Shown: positions 38,173-50,228, counted from the first letter of the whole stretch. The stretch is DNA of 63,762 nucleotides, filler included, from Globobulimina sp. (GCA_003354225.1; 34 parts of 34 records of this genome joined end to end with filler, not necessarily neighbours in it), one strand, 5' to 3'. Notes: a model not told the origin generated them from the sequence alone. A program made the numbers and translations.

Positions 38173-39354
38173 ATGGTGAATTTCTTATTTTTGCTGGATA
38201 CCTCATACATCATGAACAGCAAAGTGGGCGAATATGGATTGACCCTGTTAGAACTATGCAAAACCGCCATTCATCGCTCAGTAAATAATCGTCGAAAATC
38301 CATATCCAAACCGACCGACACCAACAACAAATTCAATCACAAGTACCTCTTAGTCACTTATTCCAGTACCCATTCCATCCAATGCGGCTGGGACAATTCG
38401 ACCGATTACTTCCTGAAAGCCATTGAATCCATCCATGCCACAGACACTCCCAACCTCGGTCCTTCCCTATCCACCGCCTTCCGCTTATTACAGTCGAATC
38501 CAAACCAAACCTTATCTTACGGGCAAGGCTGGAAATCGTGGCAATCCGAAATGAATGTCATCATCATATTATCCTACTGCACCAATGACATATTGAGCAT
38601 GGCCAAACGCAGCCTCTCCGGCGACGAGCTCCACTCTGATTGGCTCCGCTGGAACACGCGCATTTTCATTGGCAATATCAACGTATTCGGCACCTTGCAT
38701 ATCAACCACAACCCCATTCGCGACACGCTCAACAAACTGTGTCTGGACACTTCGCCCACAGGTAATCCACTATGTATTTTGCTGATTAATTATAAAACAG
38801 CCAACGTGTACAACCACTGTGACAGACCACAACCATGTCATCAACAACGAGCTGCACTCATTAGCACAGATTGAGCGGTGGGTCACTGCCATTATGCGGG
38901 ACAACTCGCGCGACGGCGTCATGGTGGAATTCTGGGACAGCTCGAAGGAGGAAAGCAAGTTCAATGACGGCCGCATCTTTCGGGAGTTCCTCCTCCCGAT
39001 CCACTGTGACTGCAAATGGCCCATTCCTGAGAGTTATTCGCCGAAAGAAAAAGCAGAGAGCCCTGCTGCTGCGAGCCGGGACCGCAAGAATGGGCACACT
39101 CACAATATTCCAGCGAGGAGCTGCCGGCCACATATAGCCATCTCGCGGACGCAGAAGAACTCGGTTTGTCTGCCGCGGACTGAGTGGAATGTACCCTATG
39201 AACAGTACGAGATCACCAGTCAACGTTTGAGGGAGTTTGTGCTGAATTTGCCAGCGGGAGTTTGCTATTATACATATATCCAATATTCAGCTGGCACCAA
39301 GTTCAATTTTGCCAAACCGTGGGGAGCGCTGAAGGCAGACAACAAACGGAATAA
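38173..39354 (+). CDS. INTS6: Integrator complex subunit 6-like (vWA); intron 38762-38825; 3' partial
   Basis: FLFLLDTS, YLLVTY, LGPSLSTAFRLL, YGQG, RWNTRIF, WPIPESY, PYEQYEI and PWGALKA follow INTS6 motif order. Confidence 0.8.
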
Positions 39355-39454
39355 NNNNNNNNNNNNNNNNNNNNNNNNNNNNNNNNNNNNNNNNNNNNTT
39401 AATTAATTAANNNNNNNNNNNNNNNNNNNNNNNNNNNNNNNNNNNNNNNNNNNN

Positions 39455-40125
39455 ACAATTGTTATATTTGCGACATTGATAAATCGAATGATAATTCGAT
39501 GGATTCAATGGCTATTCCAAGCGCAGTAATTACAGCACCATCACTTGTGGCAGTTACAGCATTTTGGTCATATTTGAAGGTATTCACAGTTGTTTGGTGT
39601 TTGATTATTTCGTGTTTATTTACATCATTTCTCATAGTTGAAAGAAATGGAATTATTGAGAATGTTTCCAAGGGATTTTGGTATTTAACTTTATGTATTG
39701 GAGGAACTGTATTATGCTCTTCGTTTATTTTAATTATTTATATGAATTATACAATTCCATGGAAAACGTATGTCAGCAAAGAGAAGTTTGACAAAATCGT
39801 ATGGACTCCATTCGGACCGTACTTACCAATGTTTGCTGTGGCAATCAACAGTTTTATTATTGCAAGTTACAGATTTTTTGTATTTATGCGAATATTCATT
39901 GCAATAATTATTGGATTTATTATATATTTCCTTTATGGATACAATCACAGCAAATTAAATCAAAAAGAAAATATATCCTCGCAATTATACAAAACCGTGT
40001 ATGGATCAAATGATTCTACAGATAATAATCACAAAAATGTATATGATATTGATATCGATGATAATGCATATTTCTCGCAACAAAGAGCATTGTCGTTGCG
40101 CAGGTTAAGTTATGATATGATTTAG
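39455..40125 (+). CDS. Cationic amino acid transporter (APC/SLC7) C-terminus
   Basis: PFGPYLPMFAVAINSFII...IGFIIYFLYGYNHSKL (AA_permease_C-like). Confidence 0.8.
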
Positions 40126-40396
40126 CATTACCATCACTTAAACAATAATGATTGAATTGACTCATTTACAATGTATATACAATCAATATGTGCTTCTCGT
40201 TTTTATCATGATTTATTGGCCGACAATAAATCAAATACAGCTAGCGCTACAAGCATATAATTGAACAGCAGAAACTCGATCTTTTTAATTTGAACTACGT
40301 ACTACCACTTGAAAACTTGAAATTTAAAAACAATAAAAACACTCAAACAATGGCAAGTACAGTTGTCAGCTAATTATATATAATTTCATTTGGCAT

Positions 40397-40474
40397 TATC
40401 CAAAATATAAATAGCCAATCCGTGTAAATTGGTATACGCAAATTTACACAGATTGGCTATTTAATTTTTGGATA
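40397..40474. repeat. ~78-bp intergenic hairpin
   Basis: TATCCAAAATATAAATAGCCAATCCGTGTAAATT, ~10-bp loop, AATTTACACAGATTGGCTATTTAATTTTTGGATA. Confidence 0.85.
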
Positions 40475-40555
40475 TATAATATTTCATTATTTTGTATGAA
40501 TATTTCGTATATATTAAAATCTATTCATTTCGTATAATTTAAAAGTCACAATTAA

Positions 40556-41232
40556 TTATCTCGCTCCTCGAAAGATGACAACATTTTTTTGTTCGTCTTG
40601 TTTTTTGTTGCTATTAATTTGCAATTGTTCCTCAAAGAGTAAATTATCCACAATATCATGTTGACGCATTTCTTTTGATCGCAATGAATTTTCTTCATCA
40701 ATTGTTGCCATTGGAACATAGTCAATTTCATTAAGTTTTGATTGCGACGATATCTGTATTGATTTCAATGGTTCAAATAACTTTGTTGCTGCCTGCTTTA
40801 CAGCACTTAAATTGGAACCATGTGCACTTTTTTTCCGTTTTAAATATGGACGCAACCACGTAAACCAACAACACAATAACATGATGGCAACGATGATTAT
40901 AATGGTTAATACAGGGATTAAAAAAGATGTGGCAGAATTTGATTTGGCATTGTTTTTTGTCGGAAACGAGGTAGGATCGCCAGTTGGATACTTGCTTGGT
41001 GCCTTTGTGGGGGCGTTTGTTGGAGCATTATTTGGTGTATTGGTTGGTAAAGGTGTTGGATCCTTTGTTGGTGCGGCTGTTGGGGCATCAGACGGAGAAT
41101 GTGTTGGTGCTTTAATTGGAGCATTTGTCGGAGAATTTGTCGGTGTATTTGTTGGCGAATTTGTAGGTGAATTCGTTGGTGAATTTGTAGGTGAATTTGT
41201 AGGTGAATTGGTTGGGGAATTTGTTGGTGCAT
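40556..41232 (-). CDS. PTNS/PTNA-repeat single-pass surface protein, 5' partial
   Basis: Continuous frame: 12-bp PTxx repeats, TM FLIPVLTIIIIVAIMLLCCWF, cytoplasmic tail. Confidence 0.8.
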
Positions 41233-41473
41233 NNNNNNNNNNNNNNNNNNNNNNNNNNNNNNNNNNNNNNNNNNNNTTAATTAATTAANNNNNNNNNNNN
41301 NNNNNNNNNNNNNNNNNNNNNNNNNNNNNNNNAGGATTGGTTTATCGTAGTTGTATTCCTGTACATCAACTGGTGTAGACACTAGATTGCCGTCGCGAAA
41401 TAGCTTCACGTTCCCACTTTTACCTGGGAATGAAACAATGGCTTGTTTGTTTGTTTGTTTGTTTGTTTGTTGG

Positions 41474-42140
41474 TTAGTTTTTTTCGTGTTTGAAGTCGAA
41501 AATGCTCTCTTTGTAATCATCAAGCTTGTCATTCCATATATACAACCAACGCGTCTGCCATCCTACGAATTTGGACGCCGACTTTTTCTCCAAATTGGCT
41601 GAAATGCTTTGGAATCGCAGTGGTTTGTCGTGGTTCGGCGCAGCACATTTTATGTCAATTTGCGCAGAGTGTTTGTATTTACTGTTTCTGCGTTTGTTTG
41701 TTCTGTCTGCGGGTTGCGGTGTTTTTTCTCGCTGGATTTTGTGTGGAGAGTTGTTTCTTGTATGGAGTGGAATGGTTAATGTGTTATTGGCAGTGTTAAC
41801 GTCGTCGTCTTCGTCGTTGGAGTACGATTTATGTTCATTTAATATGCGATGTATAGCGTCTATTTCGGTGGCTTTTATCATAATGCATATTTTCTTCATC
41901 ATCTGACAAGTTTTCAATGAAATTAATCATTTGCTCTCGTTCTTGTTCGTCGTCAGCCAGTGTGAAAGAGCGGGTGTGGTGGATGGATATTAATCGTTGT
42001 ATTGTGCCTTGGTTATCATGCTTTATTGGTTCGAGTAAATCTGGTGGTTTGTTGTTAGAGGTTAAGGGTGTCGAACATGGCAATTGTAAATCCATAAACT
42101 TCTGCTTTTTACTGGATAAGGGTAAGTTGGACATGATCAA
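41474..42140 (-). CDS. PH-domain-like protein N-terminus; apparent frameshift near 41838; truncated
   Basis: LEKKSASKFVGWQTRWLYI resembles PH strands 1-2; two overlapping ORFs. Confidence 0.5.
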
Positions 42141-42222
42141 AATAAATGAAAACTTTCAACGCTCGATGACTAGACACACTTCAAAAACATACTATTAAAA
42201 ACACTTTTTTCTCAACACAAAC

Positions 42223-43110
42223 ATGTTGGACACAAGTGCAAATTCAGGGTTTGATCTCGAATCTCCATTACCGTATATTGCATATGGGACGTTTGGAGCA
42301 AGTTAATTACTTATTCCTTACCAACAAACCTAACAAATAATTGACTTGTTTTGCTGTAACAGAAAGTGATGCTGGTTCTGCCACATCTGGCGGAGAAAAT
42401 AATATGTTAAATCCGTTTTACAACACTAACAACAACGCAAGTTATGCGGCGAGCGCATCTGGTTTATTATCACCATCGTGTTCCATCGTGTCCAGAAAAA
42501 GCCGAAGCTGCGGAATGTCGAGAGGCACCATTGCGAGATGCCCACTCGGACCAAGAAATCTTGATATATTTGATGTCAATGAGAAGAAATTTTTAGCAAT
42601 ATCCAAATATGTAATTGGCTACCAAACACTTTTGAGTTGTATACTATTTGCAAACATTACACAAATGATTGTATTATATAATGTTTTAGAAGATATTAAC
42701 CAAACATATGTGTTGATTTATGTAATATTTCCTTTTTTATTATTTTTATTTTTAAAAATATATGATGTAATTATGTGTAATCAAATAAGATATTTACTAA
42801 ATTTTGGATATGTGCCAACCCCAATGATACTAAACAGAAACCGACAAATTATACATTTTATCACTTTTATCGGATTTCCATGTCTTTGGATAATGTATTT
42901 ATTAATAAATAGTGAGTGGATCATAGCCAATGAATCCCCGCAAATCCTCATCATCAAAAAACGATTAATGCATTCGGTGTCAATCATAATATGGACAATA
43001 ATACAATTTATTCAATTTATATTGTGTATAATATCTCTTTTATACTGTATTCAGCATAATATTCATCAGCAACAACCAAAGAATATGAAGCACAGTAATA
43101 ATAATAAAAA
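42223..43110 (+). CDS. Multi-pass membrane protein; intron 42302-42362; 3' partial
   Basis: ATG exon splices in frame; ~4 TM helices; divergent from the previous gene with ~80 bp between starts. Confidence 0.6.
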
Positions 43111-43210
43111 NNNNNNNNNNNNNNNNNNNNNNNNNNNNNNNNNNNNNNNNNNNNTTAATTAATTAANNNNNNNNNNNNNNNNNNNNNNNNNNNNNNNNNN
43201 NNNNNNNNNN

Positions 43211-44988
43211 TGCCAAATTTAAGGATTTAGAAACTGCGAATAAGTTTATAAAGTATGAAGAGGAGCAGACGCCGCCGATATTGTCCCGTAAGAGCACGCC
43301 TGCCACGAATAGTGGACGCAGCATAACCTCGTTTAGCTCGTTACGGGATCGCATGATTGATGTCAGCGATCATGAGAGCGTATTAAAGCAATGGAGGCAG
43401 CAACATATACACGTACCGGATGGTGACAGCGCTGTTGGTTATGGCTTGATAATGTATGATGAGAGTGTGGCAAAATGCAAATGTTTGGTGATTGACGAGT
43501 GTGCAGTGTATAAGCGGATTATGTTCATTATGGACTTTTATCTGAGCTATATTGTCTATGACGATATCTATCATCAGATCAGTATTCATGCCTTTATTTC
43601 CAGGCTGTGTGGCTATACATATACGCAGCTCTGGAACGATTATTTTCATATTCGAAGCTACCATACGATGAATAATCCAAATTGGAACTTATGCGGAACG
43701 GATGTCTGCATCGCTGCGACGTGCCGTATATTGAGTCGATATCATCGGAATAGGACATTGTGTAAAGATAACGAGGCCAGATTGGAAATGTATAACTTGA
43801 AAGAGGCGAATCAGACATATGAGGTCATAACGCAGCAACTGTGCGATATTATACATTGTTTGCTGTTCCATCCGATTGCTGTGAATACCAATAACTATAA
43901 GAAATTGACTGTGCAAATGAGCGTAGATAGCGAAGCGGCATCGAATCGTTCCAATTCCAATGGTTTGGTGGAGGATGATGATGAAAGTGTGCCTTTTGAA
44001 GCAGATCATAATGAGAATGAGCAAAAAGAAGAGGAGTTGTTAGGGATTGGAGTGAAAATCGTTGACTCTGCAATGTATATGAAATTACGTGAAAAGCGGA
44101 TGCAATTTCATAAGTTTCTCACCGTTGATGAGCGAATGGGATGCAATCACAATGATTCATACAAATACAAATTTAAAAATGAGAATGATTCCTCTCAGCT
44201 GAAGAGGAAAAACCATAGAAATAATAAAAAACAGCACAATAAGTCATGGCGAGCCTTACCGGGTTTGTCGTGTGCTGCGGAGGAGAAGTCTGAGTGGGAA
44301 ATATTTCTATCATTAAATATGAAAAACCTCGAATCGTATAGCAAATATGCCGAGTTTCATGATGAATTGTTGAATAATTCAATTTTTAATATCTCGTGTC
44401 AACAATGGGATGATTGTTGGAAACGAAGCGAATTATTTAAGCAGACTTGGAAAGGAAAGCAGATGTTATCCAAGAATAACTCGCCGGGCTTCCGAATGCG
44501 AAAAGGTGACCCGATCCCGACTCATTACATCATGGCGTTGATGATTTGGTGCAATTTTGATTCGTTGCAATGTAGTTTTCGATCGCATTGCAAAAATATA
44601 CAATTAAACCGCGGGAATGAACGCTTTCAATTCAGCCGCTGGGGGTTTTGGTTGAATGCTTGTATCGAATGCTATGGTGACAATATTGCAGGCAATCAGC
44701 AGTTTTATTGTTGTATTGATTCGCAAATAATGTTAAATGAAATGTGGTTAAGATTTGCCTATCCAACGAGTATTAGTTCTAGTTTTCTAATCACACAAAT
44801 TTATTCAAATAATAAATACAACCGAGATGGCGTTATATTTGTACTGAACAAAGGCATAAAGGACTCGGTGTTGTTGCTGTCGTATATTAATTGTGAGTGG
44901 ATCTCGGATTATGGGTATGAGGAATGTGAATATTTGATATTTAATGGTTCCTTAGATGTCAAATCAATGGATTTGAATTTAAAAAATA
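43211..44988 (+). CDS. Uncharacterised protein with a possible ADP-ribosyltransferase-like C-terminal region; partial
   Basis: Whole-contig ORF; FY...FAYPTSISSS...GVIFVL...CEWISDYGYEECEYLIFNG. Confidence 0.65.
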
Positions 44989-45088
44989 NNNNNNNNNNNN
45001 NNNNNNNNNNNNNNNNNNNNNNNNNNNNNNNNTTAATTAATTAANNNNNNNNNNNNNNNNNNNNNNNNNNNNNNNNNNNNNNNNNNNN

Positions 45089-45995
45089 GATTTCCAACGC
45101 ATTCTTCTCCGATTGGCAGGACAATGCCACATTGTTCATCACATGCGCCTGATAACCAAACCTCCAGTTACGCTCTTTGGCGCATTTAGCCGCCAGGCTG
45201 TTATCCACGGTCTCCATGGAAGCGGACCAGATGGCTTTATTCGTTTTTGTGGTGCTTCTGGCTTGCTTCTTAGCGTCTGATTGTGTGTATTTTGCGTGAG
45301 TTTTATGTGTGTGTTTAGACGGAATAAGGCTATATACCTGTAATTGGCCATATTAATCCATTTAATGGCCGTGGATTTGCTGACTGTTTTCTTTTTTTAT
45401 ATGCACGTTTCTTATTATTCCACATGTTCATTATCATAAAAGGTGCCCCGAAAATGTAAAGTATGAAATGGAAAACAATTAAACGCATTGATAAGGATTC
45501 CGCGCCAATACCGTAGGCTTTGTACATTACTAAAAGTTCGCCTGTAATGCCGGCGGGATATAATACGATAAATAGGTTATAACGCAAAGCAAATATGATG
45601 GAGTTTATTTTATGTATTTCTCCTTTATGGTCCAATGCGAAAAAATAAAATAAATAGCGCGGTATTTCTACCAATGTCCAGGACACAGTGCATAAATATA
45701 ATGAAAATAAGTGTCCGTTTGCACCGGCGGTTGGTATCATGTATGCACATAATATTAATATTCGGGACATTACTTGGATGAATGTGGTTAATAATGGTGA
45801 ACGAACTAAAGCAAAGATTGAATGAAAGATTTCCAATATGGCGGCGGTCTGTACGATTGCTAATAATGTGCCAATATTAGACCATAGTTGGGTGCCGGTA
45901 GCGCCTGCCCTTAAACACTGTACAAGCCGGACTAGAAGGAGAGTCCAGCCGAGTGCGGTTGCGATATTATATACTTTTAGGTAGGCTTTGGACAT
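45089..45995 (-). CDS. HACD: Very-long-chain 3-hydroxyacyl-CoA dehydratase (PTPLA/PHS1) with C-terminal extension; intron 45277-45337; 3' partial
   Basis: YLKVYN, QTAAILEIFH, QVMSR, EIPRYLFY, LRYNLFIVLYPAGITGE (catalytic Y/E region). Confidence 0.9.
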
Positions 45996-46165
45996 GATTC
46001 ACAGTGGCAGTTTTACTTTATATTCTGGAATTTTCTGAGTCTAGTGACTTGGCAGAATGCTGTTGATCGCATTTGAGAAACACTTTATAGTGTTTTTGGA
46101 ATAATACATATTATATATATACGTATATAGCAACCATCAAAACACATATCGACAGCTTACATGTT

Positions 46166-46815
46166 TTAAGCAATGAATGGAATCAAAGCAGTCCTATTTC
46201 GTGGATAATTTTTAAACTCTCTTATATATCTTTTATGTTTGGTTCTTGCCCAAAACAACATTTGTACAGCTCCGACTCCATAAAAAAACCATGAGGTACC
46301 AACGGAGGTAAATAAACTGAACCAAAACCAGCCAGATATTTCCCAAAAATAGTTAGCACACGAAACGTATTCAAATAATTGGCCTTTTGGAATGCCTCTC
46401 GTCTTTGTGCCTGGAGGACGCAACATTTTTAACCTGATATGTGCGTCCAAATTAAGCAACTCACAGAATGCCCACAACCCTATGATGCCATACAACTGTT
46501 ATTTTATTTACACACATTGGCAATGCCCATGCACAAAATTGACAATCCATATAAAAACTTAACAGTCGTTGGATTATCCTCAAATGGTGGCCTATATTGT
46601 GGATGATAAAGGAAATAAGATATAGATATCCCACCTAACACCCAATAATGAAACGAATTTTTAAATACATTCCAAATGGGCATTGTTTGTGCACTAAACC
46701 GATGAATAAAAAGCGTTTCTAATTCTCTTTTAAAATAATGTAACATAATCATTCCGAATGCAAGCTTTTGTGTTAAACATTTAGGTTTCACTGCTGCTCC
46801 GGGATAAAATAGTGT
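46166..46815 (-). CDS. TECR: Very-long-chain enoyl-CoA reductase (TSC13/TECR), 5' partial; intron ~46496-46563
   Basis: HYFKRELETLFIHRFSAQTMP, KNSFHYW, LRPPGTKTRGIP, VSCANYFWE, YPRNRTALIPF. Confidence 0.92.
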
Positions 46816-46966
46816 CCTAGGCTCTTCTGGACTATAGTCAAACTCAACATCAACAAAGAGTCCCTCNNNNNNNNNNNNNNNNNNNNNNNNNNNNNNNNNN
46901 NNNNNNNNNNTTAATTAATTAANNNNNNNNNNNNNNNNNNNNNNNNNNNNNNNNNNNNNNNNNNNN

Positions 46967-47459
46967 TAAAATGTCACTTTTCCGATATACGGAAATATTT
47001 AGATTATTCTCCAGGATATTTTCATATCGAATGCATTTTTATTCTGGTCTTCAGGGTATTTCGGTAAAAGTGTATAACAGTCAATATGAAAAGATTTTGA
47101 AATATAATGCTACAATTCCACGTCGTGAAGAACATATGTTCAAATTCACGCAGGTAACCGCCACCGAACAAAGCATATTTATTAGAGACACAATGAAGGC
47201 GGAACAACGGCCGATTGTAGACAAAAATACATTTTTTAACAAAATGGAGGCGGTGTACCATTTTTCAAAATGGAACAAGCATATTAATTGGCAATTATAC
47301 AATGTAGCAGGGGTGGCTATTGTAAACTGCATAAAGGCTGCCCCTTCTAACGGTGTAGCACCACATGGAGTCGATTTATTTTTGTCCACAGCAGGTACTA
47401 AATTTAAAATATTTGACATCGTAATACATTGCCATGTCATTGGCAAACATTTGAGCTGA
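46967..47459 (+). CDS. Paralog A, C-terminal part (N-terminal part at 48465-48744 across the circular junction)
   Basis: INWQLYNVAGVAIVNCI...GVDLF aligns with paralog B. Confidence 0.55.
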
Positions 47460-48209
47460 CATTTTGTTCAAATTATCTGCATATGATGATATACTTTCAT
47501 TGGTTGAACTGATACTACCAAAAACTTCTGTATCTAAAGACATAAACAAATCAATGTCTTGCGTCAACCCTTGCTCATGTTCTGCTGCCATTAAACATTT
47601 CACAATTGAACCGCCCGCGACGTTGTACAATCGCCAATTGATAGCCGCTTTCCATAGACTGAAATGAAAAGATTTTTCAAATCTGTGCACAAATTGGTGG
47701 AGACTAACAATTGTTTTCTGTCCGAGTGACAAATTCTGCTCAAGCGAGACAACTGTACAGAATTTAAACAGAGTAGCTTCTGCTCCCAATACACTACCAT
47801 CATGTTTGAGCATATGTTGGTATTGGGAATTGTGGATATTTACTGCCATCTTTGGAATATTATACTCGTTCAAATCGATGTCGATTGTGCTTGAATGATA
47901 TCGGTACGGAAATATTCTGCAAAATAATCTAAAAGTTCTTGTGTTGAGAAAGATTCTCATTTTAAACATAAAACTAATAGGCGTAGATATCCTGTCGTCT
48001 CTGTTCGAGCAATAACGTCGGAGCCAAAAGCGTAACCACTGTTGAGATAACCATTCTGATGAACGAATAAATGCGAAATCTTTACAAATCGTTAGTGTCA
48101 ACGCCAATTCTCTAAGCTGTAACCACGATAAAATAAATGTCAAATTTGTAGGGTTCTGTAATAATCGATTGGTTTCTACGACGGGGGACTTAATGGTTTG
48201 TGATAACAT
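47376..48209 (-). CDS. F-box-like N-terminus + nucleotidyltransferase-like motif protein (paralog B)
   Basis: FILSWLQLRELALTLTICKDF; NVAGGSIVKCL...QDIDLF. Confidence 0.5.
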   Translation of the reverse strand: MLSQTIKSPVVETNRLLQNPTNLTFILSWLQLRELALTLTICKDFAFIRSSEWLSQQWLRFWLRRYCSNRDDRISTPISFMFKMRIFLNTRTFRLFCRIFPYRYHSSTIDIDLNEYNIPKMAVNIHNSQYQHMLKHDGSVLGAEATLFKFCTVVSLEQNLSLGQKTIVSLHQFVHRFEKSFHFSLWKAAINWRLYNVAGGSIVKCLMAAEHEQGLTQDIDLFMSLDTEVFGSISSTNESISSYADNLNKMSAQMFANDMAMYYDVKYFKFSTCCGQK

Positions 48210-48464
48210 TTCTGGGCAAGTGGATCCAAAGTGAATGAGTAATTATGTTTTGTTGATAGCAGAATCTGACGTGTTTGACCATTCTGTGACGTGCAAGCAG
48301 ATAAGTTCGTATTTTTGTTTGTCATTATCATCGGAAAACTGTTTAGCCTACTGAAAACTCGGCACATCTACTGTTACATACGTACATCTTTCATACTTCC
48401 TTTGAGTGCCACTCATACATCTCAGCTAATCACATTCCTTTCAGTGCCACTGATACTTCTAATT

Positions 48465-48744
48465 ATGCTAATCACATCTCAGTTAATACTGTCATGGTTA
48501 TGTTTCACGGAATTAGCTCGAATGTTATACGTGAATAAAAAATTCACATTGATTCATTCTTCGGAGAGATTAGCGCAAGCATGGATGAAATACTTTCTGT
48601 CACAATATACAACGGATATTTGCAATAAAATGTCACTTTTCCGATATACGGAAATATTTAGATTATTCTCCAGGATATTTTCATATCGAATGCATTTTTA
48701 TTCTGGTCTTCAGGGTATTTCGGTAAAAGTGTATAACAGTCAAT
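48465..48744 (+). CDS. Paralog A, N-terminal part
   Basis: LILSWLCFTELARMLYVNKKF; continues through the 119-bp terminal overlap. Confidence 0.5.
48626..48744 (+). repeat. 119-bp terminal direct repeat, identical to 46967-47085
   Basis: Contig start equals contig end. Confidence 0.95.
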
Positions 48745-49333
48745 NNNNNNNNNNNNNNNNNNNNNNNNNNNNNNNNNNNNNNNNNNNNTTAATTAATTAA
48801 NNNNNNNNNNNNNNNNNNNNNNNNNNNNNNNNNNNNNNNNNNNNGCGAGATATAATGGATTATATTTGGAATACGAGTGTCCGAGCAAAAGCGCGTGAAA
48901 ATGCACAAATCTCCATAACCTTTTTTAAAATGCCAGTGCAACAAATCCCGCCCAATGAAATCGATCCGTTACAACTCAGTCTCTGACGATGCATGGATTG
49001 AATTCAAAACTTGTTGTCATCGAATCTGTGGTACCAACGGACTACGGATCACCAAATCCGATGCCATAAATCATGTGAATGGCACACATATATTACCACC
49101 TTTATTATCGCCTCAATATCCAAATTACAGCAATAACAACAAAAATTTGATGATTTTAAATTTATTGGATCAAGAGTTGAACGTCCAAAACCGTAATTAG
49201 TGTCATATCATTACAAACAAAAATATTAACAAACAAAAAATTAAAAAAAATATAAAAACAACCAATCAAAAATATTAAAATCCTATACTATCATACAAAC
49301 AATTTTTTTTATTTCATGCATACATTATAATGA

Positions 49334-50068
49334 CTATTGTGGTGGTGGCGATGGTGGAAATCTTCTGTTATTGTATGGGCTATATCTGCCACCAAATACA
49401 TATGACGAGGAATGGCAAGGAGTGTATGCGGTGACTGGGTTTTTTACCATTGTTGGCAATATAGGTTTATATATCGTCTCATTCTTTGGTTCCGATAGCA
49501 TGGCAAAAATATCTCGCCCTTCCGTATTTTTACCAACAAATTTGCATCTAATCACCTCTCCTTTTTTCACATTTTTATTCATTCCACGGGGATATATTAA
49601 TCCTTTGGTTCCCGTGGATACTACCTTACACTCCAAGATATATGGCAAAATTCCAATGATTTCGACAAGTACACCAATCATTTCCTCTGGTTTGATTGCC
49701 ACATAATTGAAAGTGTCCATCGCGGCTTTATTAATATACATTGGTTGTCGGTCTGGTATTGGTTGTAATTGGGCCGCGATTGGTGCTAATTGCACACGAG
49801 GGGCACGATTGGATGGATATGATGCAGCAGGTGTGACATTGAAAGGCGCTGCAATATGACCACTTGTCATGATGCTATTATAATTTCTATTTATTTTAAA
49901 AAAAAAAGAGGTTTGTATATGGTATTTACAAATTATATAATGTAGGTTTGCATGTTCCAAACTGATGTCGGAATTGGATGGATGGATCCAATACATAGGT
50001 CGCAGAGAATAGTCCTGGCTCCGCGTATGTGGTATTGTTCTTCTCTGCGTCATTTTTATTATTGTCAC
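49334..50068 (-). CDS. Hypothetical Pro-rich protein (start uncertain; possibly MTSGH near 49870)
   Basis: 244-codon ORF with a small beta-rich central segment; AT-rich, possibly intron-like part upstream. Confidence 0.5.
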   Translation of the reverse strand: MTIIKMTQRRTIPHTRSQDYSLRPMYWIHPSNSDISLEHANLHYIICKYHIQTSFFFKINRNYNSIMTSGHIAAPFNVTPAASYPSNRAPRVQLAPIAAQLQPIPDRQPMYINKAAMDTFNYVAIKPEEMIGVLVEIIGILPYILECKVVSTGTKGLIYPRGMNKNVKKGEVIRCKFVGKNTEGRDIFAMLSEPKNETIYKPILPTMVKNPVTAYTPCHSSSYVFGGRYSPYNNRRFPPSPPPQ

Positions 50069-50228
50069 CTTTGATGATGACGTTGTTATTGTTACCGGTT
50101 TGCATGTTGTTTAATTGTAAATTTAATTTTGCACAAAGTTGGAGGGTACAAAGAAAGTTTAAAGATTGTTTCGTGTTGATGGGAGTATCAAAAACCTACG
50201 TACGTTTTAGTTGAAGTCTAATCTAATA

